Assembly: GCA_001687465.1 (NCBI GenBank)
Contig: LVLI01000069.1
Span: 1-64,000 of the forward strand
DNA: 64,000 nucleotides
DNA from: Halocafeteria seosinensis
Taxonomy: Eukaryota
Reading direction: 5' to 3'
Part shown: piece after piece, positions 24,903 through 37,000 of the stretch
Layout: each line of letters begins with the position of its first letter
How positions within the stretch are numbered: position 1 is the first letter of the stretch
Translations under genes and position numbers: made by a program
The notes under the pieces: model-generated
Databases searched by the model: none
What the model saw: only the letters and a program-made list of their open reading frames with translations
What the model was told of the DNA's origin: nothing

Positions 24903-25760
24903 CTATTTCCCCATATTAACGGCTGTATCCACCTTCGCTACTTTTCGCTTTTCCCTCATATTTGTTTTAGTGCAAACCATCTCTTCCCAGGATACAGGAG
25001 ACATTGGATAACCGGCCTCCGACTTCGCGAAAATGACTCCCATTTCTACTTTGACAGTACTTAAAAAGTAACTACGCGCATCTCCCAGAGAAACCACTTC
25101 TGCGCTCACTAAATCCCCAGGACGATAGCATTCATGCATCTTCACCTTGTCAACTTCTGTTTCCCGTATATTTTCCCTGCGTATGATTCCTCTGAAGGTC
25201 TTCTGTTGTGAGACAATAGACTTTCCATCGACAACCAGTATTTCCATGGTGGCAACATTAGCCGTAATCCTCGTGATTCTTCCTGTAACCACGCTTCCGA
25301 CCCTAGGAAGTCTCATGGAAGCATCTGTTCCTGTCTTTGCGATTTCTACCACTAATGAAGCCGGGTGCACCTGTTGCAAGGTCCTGGAGAATGCCTCAGG
25401 GAGGTTGATTTCTTGAGCCTCAACTTGCTGCAGTAGCCTCGCAGCTGACGTCAAGCGAGAAACACCGACCACCGACGCATAGAACTTGCCATCTAACTCG
25501 TATACTCCAGATCCGGCTACTATTCTAACACTCTGGAATTGCTTCTCTAGCTCTGACTCGCTTACTTTACCGCTCTGCTTGACCGCCTGTTTCAAGTCAT
25601 CCAACAGTTTGTCCACCTGCTCCTTGTTATATAACTGTTCCCCTGGGATGTACACCGTAGAACTAGCATATCCTGTGTTTCCGTCACGCCCAGTATCGTG
25701 TTTTATCCTCTGCTGATCCAGGACCGCTGAGGCCGTGGCCGACACTTCTTCCTCGGACAT
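24903..25760 (-). CDS. CSL4: RNA exosome cap subunit CSL4/EXOSC1
   Basis: Motifs YIPGEQL, AGSGVY, LPRVGSVVTGRITRI, FRGIIRRENIRETEVDKV, YRPGDLVSAEVVSLGD, YFLST, MSPVSWEEMVC and EKRKVAK. Confidence 0.95.
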   Translation of the reverse strand: MSEEEVSATASAVLDQQRIKHDTGRDGNTGYASSTVYIPGEQLYNKEQVDKLLDDLKQAVKQSGKVSESELEKQFQSVRIVAGSGVYELDGKFYASVVGVSRLTSAARLLQQVEAQEINLPEAFSRTLQQVHPASLVVEIAKTGTDASMRLPRVGSVVTGRITRITANVATMEILVVDGKSIVSQQKTFRGIIRRENIRETEVDKVKMHECYRPGDLVSAEVVSLGDARSYFLSTVKVEMGVIFAKSEAGYPMSPVSWEEMVCTKTNMREKRKVAKVDTAVNMGK

Positions 25761-26157
25761 CACGTGCAGCACCCCCCAAGATTCAGTGACACATCCTAAG
25801 TAGATACATATATAAACATCGTAAGTAGTATATTGTAGTGCTAATGACAAACACCAGCTTGCATAGACTCTAATGATTCATTAGTAATGAATGAAGATAC
25901 CCGTCAATCTTTAGTTTCAGCTATGTTGCGATGCCATACAACCATCTCCGACGTGTATGCGCATTGATGGAGCTCATTGACAGCTGCCTGTACTTATTTT
26001 TTGAATTATTACCTTTATGCGTGTGCGATTAGGTTCTCTGTGTGTAGTACAGGCTGTGCATAGTCTACTGAGCTTAACGCCCGTAGTTCAACTTGTTGTA
26101 AGGCAGCTCTTTAGAGCCCTATTTCTTAGCTCCACAGACCATTCAGCAAATAAAAGG

Positions 26158-27508
26158 ATGCCCAGAAAGGATAAGCTGAAGAATACGGATTATATCTGGC
26201 AGGACAGAGAGTTGCGCTTTGATGTTTCAATCAAGTATGGCCCATATTTGTTAGCTGAACTTCAACGCCACGCGTGATATTCGTCTGTATGTGTGTTGTA
26301 TGGACTCAGAGACCTGAACCCGCGTCCCGGAGAAGTTCTTATAGACAGCATAAACTCTGTGGAAGACACCAAAGGAAACAATGGGGACAGGGGGTCATTC
26401 CGCGTAACGAACTTAAGAATTATGTGGGCCAGCCACAAGAACCCCAAGACAAATCTGTGTATGTAGTAAATGGTTGGGAGATGCTTTGCGTGCATGCTCT
26501 ATATAATTGTCTGCGTAATTTATCTACCACACAGCTGCCGGGTTCTCGTGTATACAAAATATTACTATCCGCCATGTTGACTCGCGCCTCCGAGGACGTG
26601 TCCAAGCGCTCTGGGTGATGGCGAAATTTAAACAGGGGCGGTTTGAATTCATATTTACAAGCTTAGTCAGAGCAAGCCCAAGGATATTTACAACAGTTCA
26701 AGCAGTATTTCGGGCTTATGAAACATCGAGGCTCTACAGAGACTTGAAGTTACGTGGAGCCGTGGTAAAGGATGGTCATCTTATTCAGCTGCCTCGCGAA
26801 GAATTATCGAGTAGAGTAAGCGCCTACCGTGGGTTCGTCTATATATTACCGTACCTTCGGAACATATCATTATTGCTCTAAACAGGTTACTGGCGTATGG
26901 AATTTATCCGCTGACCAAGGGAATTTAGGGACGTTTTACATTACCAACGTTCGGGTGGTATGGCATGCTGACCTCGCTGAGAACTTCAATGTCAGCATCC
27001 CGTTTATGCAAATGGTAGGCTCTATTGTCACAGAATTTATGAATCATTCTCTCCCATACCAACTTTGGTGTTGCTTTACATGATCTTCCTGCAGCATGTC
27101 GTTTCTGTGCGTGACTCGAAGTTTGGGCCAGCATTAGTCATTGAAACTACACAACAGAGTGGAGGATATATACTGGGCTTCCGAATCGATCCCAAGGAGA
27201 GGTTGCAGGAGATATTACGTGAAATACAGAGCTTATTCTTTACATATCGTTCTAATCCTATCTTTGGAGTGGAATACACCATCGAGGAAGAGGCGGAAGA
27301 ACTGGAGCATCGTACTGTTCCTCAAGAAGAGGAAGATGCAAACATTGTTGATGACGAGGAAATACATGACAGTTTAGCGGCTTACTATGCTGATCCGGAC
27401 AAAGAAAGAGACAGAGAACCTGAATTCAATGAAGAAATCGGTTTAGCTGTCGAAAAACTTCCTGACGACGGTAGTATCTCGTCCTTGTCGCAGCTGTGGT
27501 TGCCGTGA
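26158..27508 (+). CDS. BBS5: Bardet-Biedl syndrome 5 protein (BBSome subunit, multi-exon)
   Basis: Motifs [87 protein letters not shown] and DSLAAYYAD. Confidence 0.97.
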
Positions 27509-27783
27509 ATAGCTAGTACCTAGGCTTTCAACGACGTCAATGTTTATACCGTGGGTTTGCGTCGAATAAGGGACGAACAATAGACGGCTTATCATACAAC
27601 TTTCATGTTTGTTTCCCGAGCAACTCGCGTTTCGTTGGTATCACTTATCCGGGATCCAGACTCATCCGCGATGCTGACTGGTTGAATCGTACCAGTACCT
27701 ACACGAGTCAATGAATTCCCGGAGTGATTGTTAAGATGCATACAGACTAATTTATATGCCGTATATAGTTTAGTGGTTGTACA

Positions 27784-28568
27784 ATGGCAGCTTCAGAAGA
27801 ATCCTTCGACTATCCGCCGATGTATGACTTCCCTCCTTTCTTCACGTAAGTGTACTTGAACGGCGGTATCCACAAGGATTCCAGATCAGGCTGTTATTTA
27901 ATGCCTATTTTGGACGTCTGCAGGATCCAGCCATCGGATGAGACTCGGATGAAACAACTAGAGCAATGGAGGAAATTTATCCTGCATTGGATCCAGCACA
28001 ATGCCGCCAAGGAAGCCATGCTGGTGGATGTGCATTCATTCCCCCTATTCAAGAACGATAGGATACATCGTAAGGGTCTCAGTCACTTCCTCGAGCTATA
28101 TTCTCTTCGGATTGAAGTGATTCGTCTGAATACTCACAGGATCATTATCGCAAGAAGGTGTGGAGCAAGTGGTCAACCATCTTGTACGGTCCGGCAACGG
28201 GGAATGGGATGATCCCCAAGGAAAAACCAGATTCCGGGTTTTTATCAAGCGCCCGGAGGAATGGGCAGGGATTATATTTGACTACGTTTGTCGGTTTGAC
28301 ATGTTCCGAAACGTATACACAGTGTATGAACTCCATTCGGGAGATATTAGTATCGGCGCCCGTAAGTGATGCAGGTAGTCAGTAGGGATTCGTATTGTCT
28401 TATGTGATCTAACTTGAATTGTCGCACGACCTTCCAGCATTCTCCAATGTGGACCCTATTCTACTGCTGCGGGCCTTACGATATCTACAGCAGCAAGGGC
28501 GGGCGGAGGTATATGAAGGAACTACTGTGGACGAACATGGAGTCAAATTCCATAACCCGGAAACATGA
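27784..28568 (+). CDS. VPS25: ESCRT-II subunit VPS25 (multi-exon)
   Basis: FDYPPMYDFPPFFT|IQP...TRMKQLEQWR, FPLFKNDRIHR, KRPEEWA.IIFDYV, NVYTVYELHSG and GVKF. Confidence 0.93.
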
Positions 28569-30204
28569 GATAGTGCATAAATGCACTGTTTTGACAGAGA
28601 AAGACCTCGGAGATCAAACAGTCTGCAATCAAAATAGAATGAAAAATGTGATCAAGCGTTGTGCTAGAAGAAAAGTAAGATGTATTCGAAGATGCCAGGT
28701 ATCCACGAGCATGTGAGCTCGCGGTACTCGGAATCAACGACGCTTCGCGACTGTTTGAGGTGTCGGCCTCAGCCACGAAGCAAAGTTTGTATTGCCAACT
28801 GGGAACGAGAGGGAACTGAGCATGAGTCTGCTCACCCTCTAGCTTAAAGGTGGCGTGCCACAACAACAGAGAAAAACAGAAGAATCGCGGTAACTTACCC
28901 AAATGGTTTGAGATAACAGTAGTCTCGACGTGATATCCATTCTCGGTTTAAGACCTGCATATTCATAAGGATGATATGTGAAATATACATCAAGATGTTC
29001 CGTTGAGACAGGTCGCTAACAGCCACGAAAAAAGTACTGCTGACAGCGGTTTTAGTACGGATTGTATCTAGTATCCGTCTGGGGCGAGATGCTCTAGACA
29101 TTAGGCCGCAGCCTCAATCAAGCTGCTGCGACAGCAGATGGTTCAGACTTACAGCCCCTACAGAGCCGAGTTCGGAAGAAACAGCGACGAAACCGTTCTT
29201 CTCTACCCAGACGTTCTCCCGTGGTGTCTCACGAAAACTCAAGACCAACCGAGAACCTAACCACACCACTTACATCAACCAGGACCACCAGTTGTAGCTT
29301 GTAAAGCACGCGAAGCACGACTGTCGCAAGCACCTGTACAAACTCAAAGAGAAGAGAAAAAATGATAGTTGAGTGTCCCGTTGCCGATTGTCCCAATTAC
29401 TTATCAAGAAATAAAATATCAAGACACCCGATGGCAGCGGGTTTTAGTATTGGAAGACATGAAAGGGACGATTGCCGCTTATAAAGGAGAAAAGCGCATC
29501 GTACGGAGAAATCACTTCCGTACCGACGAAAATCGAAAATGCTTCTTTGGAGCAGTATCCACATACCTTTACGTCATAGTACACTTCCAGGTTTGGCGTC
29601 TTGTGAAGCGAAATGTCCCGAAGATACTGTAAGGAATCCAAGACAATATAAAGGCTGTTCTTCGAAGAGAAGAGTTTCACTTCGTAGGGAATAAATTAAA
29701 AAGTCAAACTCAACCCCAAATGAACATGGAATTTCGTATGGGCATCCATGAGCGCTGAGCAAACATCATGGGTAGTGGATGTACCAGTGACTCTAGGAAG
29801 GAATGCCGGACGGACGCACCCAAGAGACGCCCAGGGGGAAAAGCAAAATGACAAAAAAGGTCCGGGTCAACCTGAGTTCACGTACCAAACTTCACATTCT
29901 TGCATTATTCATTTCTATCAGTGAGATATGGGGCAATCAAAGGCCCTCGCATCATATCAACTGAAATGAAGAGGGTTCCTCAAATTTTCGGTCGGTACAT
30001 CTTCCAATGTCTTGGAAAACTTCGACACTCCACTTGATCAAGGCGAACCCACCGAACAATCAAATCTTTCCGCACAATCAATTCGTCGACTCGACTCGAG
30101 TTGTTTGGAAAGGGGGCATTTGAAGCGCATTTTAGGCTTAATTTGGCACCTATATAGTCGTGTTTTCTCATTTCCTGTGGTTCATTAGATACAGCATAAT
30201 ATAC

Positions 30205-33200
30205 ATGATGAACGGTGACACGGGAAACCCGTATGGGAACGCGGTAACTACGTCTGATCCCAGACATGATTTTGCCAGTCTACGAGAACGCTCCCGGATG
30301 GGCATTTCTCGGCATTATCAAAGCTCTACTGGGGGAGATGCTCAGTCTCAAACGTCTCACGGATATGGAGGAGGACAGTCAACGTCTATGGTACCTGCGG
30401 ATCAAACAAATGGAGGAGGAGCGTTCAAACGTGCCCATGTTGAGGTACGCACATAGCACTCGTTGCTGTCTTATAGTGCCTTATTGGCTTCCTCTATACG
30501 CACGATGTTTCACATGCTGTCTATGTTTAATTGGTTTGTCTGTATCTGTCTTCGAATGCAGCCTCCCCTGGGAATGGTTCTAAAAGAGTCAGAAAAATTG
30601 GCCGGAACTGCTGGAGTGGCTGGTGTAGACGCGGCGACTCGAATGAAGGCGTACGTGAAGAGAAAGACTCATCTTCCCCTATACTTTTCTTCAACTGTAT
30701 TCATACGTTTCCTTTCCCGGCAGCCAACGTACACTGGGCGCTGCTTTCGATATCGACTCGGATCCTCTCGTTGACATGGATGTACCAGTACGTGGTTTTG
30801 TCACGCTAGCTACCCTTGGTGGATTGAAGTCCGGAGGCCGAAATCGCTACAGGTAACGACGGAGGAAACGGAAGATGACAAGGATGAACGTATAGCCCCC
30901 GAGGTAGATGTTGACAGGTAGGCTGGTGTATGCGGAACGTGTGTTGATACGGCTTCAATGCAATGGTCCCCGAGTGCAGATATCTTCACCAGCAGGAAGA
31001 TGATCTGATATACTCCACAATGGAAGAAGCGAAGAACATAATTTCTACTGCTACCGACCGACGAATGGAGCAATTTCTTGCAGAGGACTGGGAAATGAAA
31101 AAACGAGAGATTTTAACCATCTTAGAACTGAATGCACCCACACAACCTACCGCCCACAGACAAGACTTCGCCGCTAGCCAACGGCGTTACAGTGTGCACG
31201 GTTCAACAGGTAGGATGGATGGGACCAGTAAAACTATCGCCCCAGAATGTAGGCACTTTTGTGATACACTCGCGGACTCATTTCGTATGGGCGGAGAATT
31301 AGGCAAGGAGCCATGGCTAGCAACATTTAAGGGTGCCGCTAAAGCAGCGCTCTCTACTGCCGGTTTTCGTGTTAATGAAATGAAACCATGGTTTCGGCCG
31401 TGGAATTTGCTACAGCATATTGCTCGAGAGGGCATGCGTGGGCATGGATCCGTGTCTGAAGCGCATTATCGGGACGCGCACCACACTCAAGACTCAGAGT
31501 TTGGGCGATTCATAGCCGCAGGTAGCCTCTGTTACTTGGAGAGCTCTTATTCCGTCATAATGGAGAGACGAATCCAAGGAAACCGCACAAGTGACCGGGG
31601 AGGCAGCGTCGATAGACTTGAAGATGTTCGCGCATTCTTGCAGGTAAAGTTTAATAACAGCCCTGACGTTCAGGGGTCATTATATGCCCAGTTATACTAC
31701 TGCTTACGATCGGGAGCATACCGCGAAGCCATATCGCTCGCTGATGCCAATCGGCAGACACTCTCTCCCGATTTCACCACCGCTCTCAGAACTTGTTGTA
31801 ATGTTGTTGAGGCTGCTCAACGGGAGCCATGGACCAACAATATTTGCCGCTCTCTTTCTGGGGCCGCATCACGACCGAATATTACGCAAGAATCTATACG
31901 CGCACTCTCCCGTGTTCAAAGGGAGTATGATCAGAAACACGGGACCATGGATGATCCCTTCAAGAAGGCCCTATGGCGGTTGGTTGCTAATGTGCACCCT
32001 GCAAAGCACGACAGTGACGCAGACTCGCGTTACTCTGTGGTAAACGGCTATCAAGATTTCCTATGGCAGCGATTGTGGCATGTTGTTGTTGATCTCGTGC
32101 TCACTCTCGGCGAGTCGTGGCATGAGGGTGTTTCTCCAAATGGATACGACCTGAATATGCTGGGTGGCGAAGTTGTGGGTATCACTCCGGATGTGTGGGA
32201 CCCTAATGGTCACCATCCTTATCAATACTTTGAGATACTATGTCTCGTCGGCCAATTCGAGCTTGGCCTTGACTATCTTTCTCGAAACGGGGCGAATGAA
32301 AATCCTCATACACACTTGGAAGATACTGTGCATTATTCCTTAGCGTTGTATCATTATGGCCTTCTTCGGGTGCACAGTCCTAAGAGAGGAGGTTCCAGTT
32401 CAAATCCTGGTGAATCGGATATACTTCTTCAGAAACTTGAGCGAGAGGTACCCATCAACACTAACCCGGACGTACCTGAAACGTATGACGAAGATATTAG
32501 TACCGGACGATGTCTCTACTACTTGGACCTGCCTACCCTACTCAAGGTATACGTCCACCATCGGTTAGGAGGTGATGCCGAAATGGGAGTCCGATACTTT
32601 GCGATGCTCCGCGGCATTTCTTCCGATAAGGAACTAGATGCGAGGAAACGGCTTATTGTGGATCTGCTGGTGGCACATGCCTCTGCAGCTCATGATAAGG
32701 TCCTCGGCAGTCTGGTGAGTTCGGATGCGGCGAGACTGGTCCCGAAGAATGGACTTCTGCACGAACTACAGGACATTCCATTCTTCCGGTTTTCCCGAAG
32801 TGGGGTGAGAACCATACTATCTTCCTTGTTTCATCGGCTCCGTGAACAAAACAGAATGGAAGAAGCCTGTGATATGCTATTGCGGTCGTATGACGTTGGT
32901 TCTGCTCTTGAAGTCATTATTGCCCAACTAGGCCAGTACATGGACGTCATGAAGGGTGATCAAACCCGCCAGTTTTGGGTTCAACGTGCCTTCCAGGTTC
33001 GCGAATCATTTCTCTCTGAGACGGCGATTGGGGGCACTACAATAACGCCAGGTGACACGCCGCGACAACGGGTATCTACGGTCTCCGAACAGGAAATCGA
33101 CTCGGTTAGTAGAGCATATGGCATCACTTCGGAAAACGCGAAAGCACTGTTGCTTTCGCAGAAGAAAATTAGGAGTGGCTTTACCTTTACTGATACACTT

Positions 33201-33608
33201 CGTTACTGCAGTATCATGATAGAAATGTGTCAATTTTTCGATATGCTATTCGAGAGGCAATTTAAGCAAGCGATGGCTCTTCTTGATTCGCTGCAGATAA
33301 TACCCTCCGAAGCAGCTTGCAGGGAGGAGAGGTTGCCGTATGATCTATGGGAGGAATATTTCGTACCATTGCATCCACTGTTGAAAGATTCATACTACAA
33401 AGCTCTTTTAGGAGCTGTCGAGTGTTTGCTGCAGCTGGAAAAGGAGGCTTCCATTGAAGCACGACGCACACAACGACCAGCGGATCCTATCAGCATGCTC
33501 CGTGAACGACGTCGTATTTTAGGGACGGCGGATCACCATCCTGTTTTGCAGCGACATCTTACGACCGACCAAGTTAACCAGCTTCATGAGTACGAGATGC
33601 AGCTGTAA
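30205..33608 (+). CDS. NUP93: Nucleoporin Nup93/Nic96 (multi-exon)
   Basis: EDWEMKKREIL, YAQLYYCLRSG, DPFKKALWRLV, QDFLWQRLW, YFEILCLVGQFELGLDYL and VHYSLALYHYGLL match Nic96/Nup93 conserved blocks. Confidence 0.88.
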
Positions 33609-34058
33609 ATTGAAAGAAGGCCGAAAACTGCAACCCTTTGTCACAAGGCTTTGTGTCATTCTTCAACCTGAAGCTTCAAGGCCCCCGGTCCGGCCGGCGG
33701 CGCCCCCTAGCCGCATTTCTTGTAGTTTTTCTCTCCGTTTGAATACAACAGTATTGACTTGTACATAGATACCACTTGTTTTGTGGTTAAAGTGTTTCAG
33801 AAGCTTAGTTCATTGCTCACACAACAACTTACTAGTTTACAAGCGCCCTGATACTAAACATTACTCTGTATAGAGGCTTCAACGTAACGCATGTATGCTC
33901 CTTGTGGATTATAGTGTACACGCTCCTTGCACTTTCTTTTAAAGGGAGGCATTTATTGATTTGCCAGTGCGTAAAAACCTGTCGTGGTCATTCAGAAACA
34001 CCGCGAAACTAACTAATTTACTCGCCAAAAGAAGAAACACGGAGAGCAACGGGCTACA

Positions 34059-37000
34059 ATGGAGACCGAGACTCATTCCTCCAGTAAACAGCACTGGAAT
34101 AGAGTAAGAGATGACCTTAAGGACACATTGAAAAAGTTGGGTGAAGTAGAAAGCAGGAAACAGCAGCTGCGTTTCCATGAAAATCCTGTTATTGCTGCAT
34201 ATCCTCTCCCCGGAGATATGGCAGTCCTAGCTGAAGGCCCAATTGAGCGCCTTGCACTCAAAGTAAGTACAATATGGGTGTCCCAAACAGTATCCTCAGT
34301 TTGTACATACGATTTATGTTTCTACAGTATATTCCCCGAGTTGGTTGCATACTCAATGAGGAACTATCCAATCATCCCAGGGTGAAATTGAATGTTACGT
34401 AAGTACTTAGTAAGAAGAAGGTGGTCTTCTCAAGGTATTATTACTGCACCGTACACGCAGTAGCCTAATACGTCCGGGGCACATACTCATAGCCAAGGAT
34501 GATGTCATTTTAGTGAATAAAGAGGAAGCGCAAATACAGAGACTAGTGAGGTATGTATGAGGCAGAATCATTTGACAGTGTGGTGAGGGCTACGACCTCC
34601 ATGACTCTGCAGCAAGAAGGAAAACATGATACTTGTCTTTCGCAACCCCGTGGTTGAATTAACCAGAGAAATGATAGAGGTACGACCACGACTCATTTGC
34701 AATTTAGCCTTTCAAATTTGTTTTACCTGGGATCATGTCCCGCAGCCAAGTTCGTTTCAGCCCACGTGGAAAGTAACAATCCCGCTGGCGGCGCGTCACA
34801 TTGTGGGAAGAACAAGTCGAAACCAAAAAGACAATGCTCTTGTCTATCGGTACCAAGAATTTGAAACGGCTAGCTTAGGACGAAGTGCCAACTTCGTCGG
34901 AGTTCGACCAAAACAGCATATTGCTCGCTTCTCGCTCCCTCTCTGCAGCACACTGTCAGGGTATCTTTATGTCAAGGCTCAAAAAGGGATTCCTCATCTC
35001 AAGAAGTGGATGAAACGATTCTTCGTCCTAGACCTAAATGCGAAAAAGATGCGAAGATATCACACGGAGGAAGAGTATCTATCAAATCCAGAGTTTTCAA
35101 GGGATATTCCATTAGACGATATCTACAGTGTATTGCTTCACGAGAAAATGCATACCACCTCGCATGTGCAGGACCAAAGCGGGCAAACCCGATTCACTCT
35201 CCATCGTAGTACCCGAGGATGGACCATTCGTTTCAGTAAGCCACCCAGGAGAGAGTTAGCAACTGTCTCCAATGCTACCGACGATCTTCTACATTCATCG
35301 CTATTGGATCGACGGGGGGAAGAGTCCCCGAACTCATCCTACGCGTTGGATGCGCACACTTCTTCTGAATGTTTGCAAGCATACCTTGAAGCTTCTCCAC
35401 CTTCAAATCGATTCAACTTGGAGATTTACTCGGAAAGCCTCAATGCAAACCATAACGACTCATTTCATTGGTCTACTTCAAAGTATCAGTCAAATCATCC
35501 GACTACCCGCAAGTTTAAAGCAGCAAATGCCCGAGAGGCTGCTGTATGGATCGCAGCTCTTGCCCAAGCCACTCTGCAAACAGGGGTTACCACAGAAATG
35601 ATGCAGTCCTCAAGATCCAATGCAAAGTTGTTCTTCCCTAATGGTGGGCATGACTTCGAAACAAATATCGAACGAGGCACCTCAGCTGCTCTCGATGGTA
35701 GCGCAGAATCTGGAACAACCGATCACCACTACACAAGTGATCGTGGAGCCAAAGAGAGCGTTGCAAGCACAGAAGGTACAAATTTACTGAATAAGAAGGT
35801 TACCGAGGAAAGTGTCACCCTGTCGGTAGCAGTAACAGAAGGTACACGTACATCGGATGGCAAAAATCCCCTCGACACATCAGGTACAAAGCCTACCAAT
35901 GAAAGAGAAATCGATAGAGTCAACAACGTGTCAAGCTCGCCAGGGAAAACAACGGTTGCCGAAATGCTCACAACATCAACTATGACAATTGGAAACAGTG
36001 TCCAACCCTCCGAGGTAACCGTAAACTCCGACGAGTCACCGGGACTGGACGCCGTTGCGAATTCTCGCCAAGATTTCGGATTAAAAATTCCAAGTGAAGC
36101 ATCTGATGCAGCTGGTGAATCGAAGACAGGTGGGAACGGCTCTGCAGCGGGTCCTTCAGTGAAGCACTTCGATACACGGGCGATATCTGATACATCTTTT
36201 AAAAGAAGTGATGTCCGTACTGGTGCCTTTTTCTCGAGTAACGCAAGCAGAGAAGAAATCAATCATCAAGCAACCGCTGTTGGGCGTTATCCGGTAAATA
36301 GACAGCAGTCCTCTACCGCGACAAACGCGTTGACGGCGACTAAAGAAGAAACGACGAGGACTGAAGGTAATACGAAGTCTTCAGGGGTTATTGATATTCA
36401 AATGCAAGGAGAAACGGAGAACGGTCTTGAAACCAATGTGTCGACGGTTCACTCTCCCGCTGCAGAAACGATACGAGAATTCCTTTGCTCTCAACACCAC
36501 GGAAAGATACCTGAGGAAAGCACAGGCAATACAAACTCAAAGACGCAATATGATCACATTTCAGACGAGAAAAACGAAGAAACACTTTGTCCTTCCGTAA
36601 GCTCTAGCCCACAAACGAAGGACGATGTCGCAAGTGACTCCGCTGCAGTAGGACATGCTGACCACAAGTTTCCATCTAGTGAGGTGGCCAATGGAGACAG
36701 CAGTATGACAGAAGTGCTCACATCTCGAGGAACGGGTAATTCATTGACTACCTACCTTCCTACGAAGAACTGCGCCGTGAGTACACTCGCGCCCTTTCTT
36801 CCGGAACACCTATCCTCGGATCCAGCAACAGAACATACATCTGGCGACGAAGATTCCCCGTCTCCAGGGGAGGCACAACAATCGAAGACCTCGTCGTTGG
36901 AACTGGAGAGACAAGAATCTCAAGCCCATAAACCGCAGGTGAAAAAATCCGAAAATAGTTCGGCATCGCACTCCATTGATTCCCATGTCAACATTTACTC

